Assembly: GCA_000934665.2 (NCBI GenBank)
Contig: JYFJ02002631.1
Span: forward strand, 1 to 54,196
Length of the DNA stretch: 54,196 bases
Direction: 5' to 3'
From: Catajapyx aquilonaris
Lineage: Eukaryota
Each line of letters opens with the position of its first letter. The first letter of the stretch is position 1. The translations under genes and the position numbers were made by a program. The notes under the pieces were generated by a model, which saw only the letters and a list, made by a program, of their open reading frames with translations, searched no databases and was not told where the DNA came from. This document shows, one piece after another, positions 51,240 through 54,196 of this stretch.

Positions 51240-52924
51240 TTATGAAGCTTTGCATGATTGTGCTTCATCGGTTTTCTCTCCCATTTTGAACTGCAACAAG
51301 ACCACCAAGTAGGTAGTAACAGCACCTGTCAACTGAAAGAGAAATTATATTGCGTTCATGATTTTACACATACAAGTACTTTAATCGATAGTCCTCAATG
51401 TACCGAAGTGAGAAGTCCGCGGTTGACTCCAAAGAAATTGGCCGCAGTGATAACAGGAGGATCAGCTGTCAACTGATGCATCAACATCTGCACCTCTTGG
51501 CGACTATCCTGATCCAGTCCAGACAGGTTCACACGACGAACGTGGCTCACCCCCGAATTGGCCTGAAATGAAGAGCAAAGTTGTGATAGGGATAGAAAAC
51601 CTTGTGATTGGAAATGCTGTAATCATCACCTCGTTGTGGAGTCCTTCCAAGACGAAGCACAAGATGGAAAGCTTCAAGAGAGACATTGACAGGTAGCAGA
51701 TGATTGTCAGGATCTGTTCCAGCACAGATCTTTCTGTGCCAGTGTCTGAAAGGCTCAGGTATAGTACAAATATGAGGGTGAGGAAGAATCCCAGGACTTG
51801 AGTCAGAAGGATCCATCCAAACGCGCTGGCGGATTCCTGGACCCGATCATTAATAACTCCATGGAGTCGTCTCAGTTGACTCAGTCTTTCCGCTGTTGTC
51901 ATCGTCGGTGGCAAAGCCTCCGTTGGACCTTCTTCTAACCAAGCAGCTTGCTTCGAAGCATCTTGGTTTTCTAGTTCTCCTGCTATCTTTTGTAAGTTGT
52001 CTGAAATAGTCTTGTACAAGCAGCTGCAAGAAGCAGCAATCAGGGTCATCCTAATGTATGTGTCGCACTGGATCATTGCTCCGAGGGAGAATAGGAAGTG
52101 AAGGTCGCTGTTCTCCGAATCTATGTACATAAGCATTCCTCCGGTAATGGTATGCATAACCATTAGAGATAATTCCTGGGTGAGAAAAATGTTTCTCAAA
52201 TATTTGAGTCGAGTGTGGCACTGATCGACGAGGACTTGGACCGATCTGAATCTTTCTAGCAAGTTGGCCCATCGGTGGGACATCACGATGGACAATATGA
52301 TGCACAACAAGCTGGTTCCATTCGCCGACAACTGGAATCAATAGCAAGTCACGACTTGTGAATAATGCTCGAATCATTACATCGGATCTAGTATTGAGAA
52401 AAGGCAGCGTGAATAATATCTTACTAAACCGAAGCATGAGGAGCGAATTTGTGAAAGTTGTGCTTCGACAATATATCTTTTCCCCTTTATGCATTTTTGT
52501 GTTGTAAAATCAAAGCCGGTTCACTATCCATCAGCTGGTAAATGTTACATTCAATGAAAGAGTTACTCATACTAACCAGGATCCCGCTCATCGACACCTT
52601 ATCCGTCATCATGAGCTTCTTATCTTCATCAGCGAATGCTGTGTAGTTGATATGCCCAATCCAGCTCTGAGCCAAATAAATCATGATAGTGAAAACGGAA
52701 ATGCTGTACAGGCTATCTAGACTGAACAGGCGAACTTCCAGCCTGCGGTCACGTCGACGTCGTATGACGTTTTTTACTGGAAATATGCCAAGGAGCTTGG
52801 TGGCAACCAGAACAGGTCGAATGATTGAGATGAAGTCGTTGTTGGATGCCATCTCCTCTCCTGTCAATCCCTCTCTTGGTGTCGCAAAGATAGGAGTGAT
52901 CTTAGATATCGTCCTGTACACCAT
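51240..52924 (-). CDS. Gustatory receptor GR16 (clade C)
   Basis: Exons 52924-52577, 52331-51630, 51562-51404 and 51332-51240. Motif: LTGAVTTYLVVLLQF. Confidence 0.92.
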
Positions 52925-54103
52925 GGCGTCTCATCATTACTGTAATGCTTCTAACACTGAAATTCAAAGGTGCCCTTTACTGCATAACCATTTCTCAATA
53001 TTCCATATTTTACTGCTAATGAATGCACCTTATATACACAAGAATATTTATTACCCAGGCATGATGGTATAGGGTGGGTACACCAATAGCTGCAAACCTG
53101 CAACTTAGCTGTCATTGTTTCTCCATTTGTTACCCCTTATGGGGTTCATGATACAATCGGGAACCATGCAATGCGCTGTTTGCGTGTCTGCCAGCCTCTC
53201 CATTAGGGGAGCTAAGGTAGTAGAAAGCTTATCCACAGTCATAGTTAAAATTAATCTTGTCGTATTACACTGTGCGTTTCAAACACCTGACACATGCGCT
53301 TTATTTGTAGCGGGTATGACTGTGCCATGAATCAGCTGGGTTGTAACCTGCAAAATAATTGATATTTTTCTCTTTGGATTGAAGTGTCCTATTGAGGAAT
53401 TATGAGTTTGCCAGCTTATAATACCTACGATATACGATATATCTCTGCGAAAATGCCATGAAGAAGGGAGGATTTAGCTCACATAATATAGGAAATAATA
53501 TTTTGTCCTTCTGTGTAGAATATACCATCAGCCTTCAGCCTAGTTGACAATGTTATTATTAGGCTGCTCAAAATAGGACTTGACCGGGAAAATATCGCAC
53601 CATTTCCGAGCCATGCCCGAAATATGATTTCGATACAGGACATTGAATTAACTTGATCCAAAGCACCCGTCAATGTTCAGATTTTCTCTGACCTTTCTGG
53701 AGTCCTATCACAAGACAACGAGCAAAAATGGTGAAATATTTTGCTGGTTGCAGCCTGCAGTTTTGCTGCCATGCGACGCAAAGACAAATGAGTTGGGTAC
53801 CTACATCAGTGCAAAGGTACTGTACCAAAGTAGGCTACAGCCGAATATAATATTGTAGACTACATGATTATATGAATACTGCTTATCGTCGATATTCACG
53901 TAAAATCCACTAATCTACGCGTAAAACACCAGTTTCAAGGTAATCGATGGCAAAGGTTTGACTTTGCACTTGTTTATAGTTAAGACTGAACATCCTGCCC
54001 TTTTGGTTTCATGACTAAAATGAGGGGTCTGAGATCAAAAACTGCTAAGTCCACTTCGAAAAACTTGTCGTAAAATGAGCAACAATTATTGATGATTGCT
54101 TAA

Positions 54104-54196
54104 AGGGACACTCCACTCAAAATACAAGTTGGATTCTAAAAATCGGGCAGAAAATCCTGATTCCGAGGGTATAAGCAGTTTTCCTGAGAGACGAAC
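54104..54196. mobile_element. Possible start of a TTAA-target (Kolobok-like) DNA transposon cut by the window edge
   Basis: TTAA|AGGGACACTCCACTC resembles Kolobok-type termini. The other end is not visible. Confidence 0.35.

Larger units (their letters stand above)
47520..54045. repeat. Segmental duplication, copy 2 (GR15+GR16 with intergenic DNA)
   Basis: Direct-orientation paralogue of ~38640-45520. Boundaries are approximate. Confidence 0.9.

Noticed and set aside
6686..52924. Alternative-splicing GR locus with shared 3' exons
   Set aside because: Every intact first exon has its own complete set of downstream exons.
4493..53072. Many plus-strand ORFs of 60-145 aa overlapping GR exons
   Set aside because: Antisense shadow frames of the GR coding exons.
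1..54196. CRISPR arrays, tRNA/rRNA genes or prokaryotic operons
   Set aside because: No regularly spaced repeats or structural RNA signatures seen; the genes have spliceosomal introns.

Overview
Eukaryotic, almost certainly arthropod, genomic DNA with short spliceosomal introns (mostly 55-90 bp). Most of the window (4.3-52.9 kb) is a co-oriented minus-strand tandem array of gustatory receptor (GR, 7TM ion channel superfamily) genes: 16 apparently intact multi-exon genes whose exons I could splice in frame, plus 2 decayed pseudogenes. The last four GRs come from a recent ~6.5-7 kb two-gene duplication whose copies differ by MITE insertions. A 7-exon plus-strand gene with an RDHSYG..RDW motif sits inside the array. 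Other elements are a non-autonomous Helitron, several MITEs and a conserved promoter cassette in one GR clade. The most unexpected signal is at 1.8-2.6 kb: spliced plus-strand exons that resemble the C-terminus of the sperm Ca2+ channel auxiliary subunit CatSper-epsilon (or delta), a complex generally considered lost from insects and most protostomes. GR1-GR16 are my positional labels, numbered left to right. All homology calls come from recalled motifs, not from a database search.
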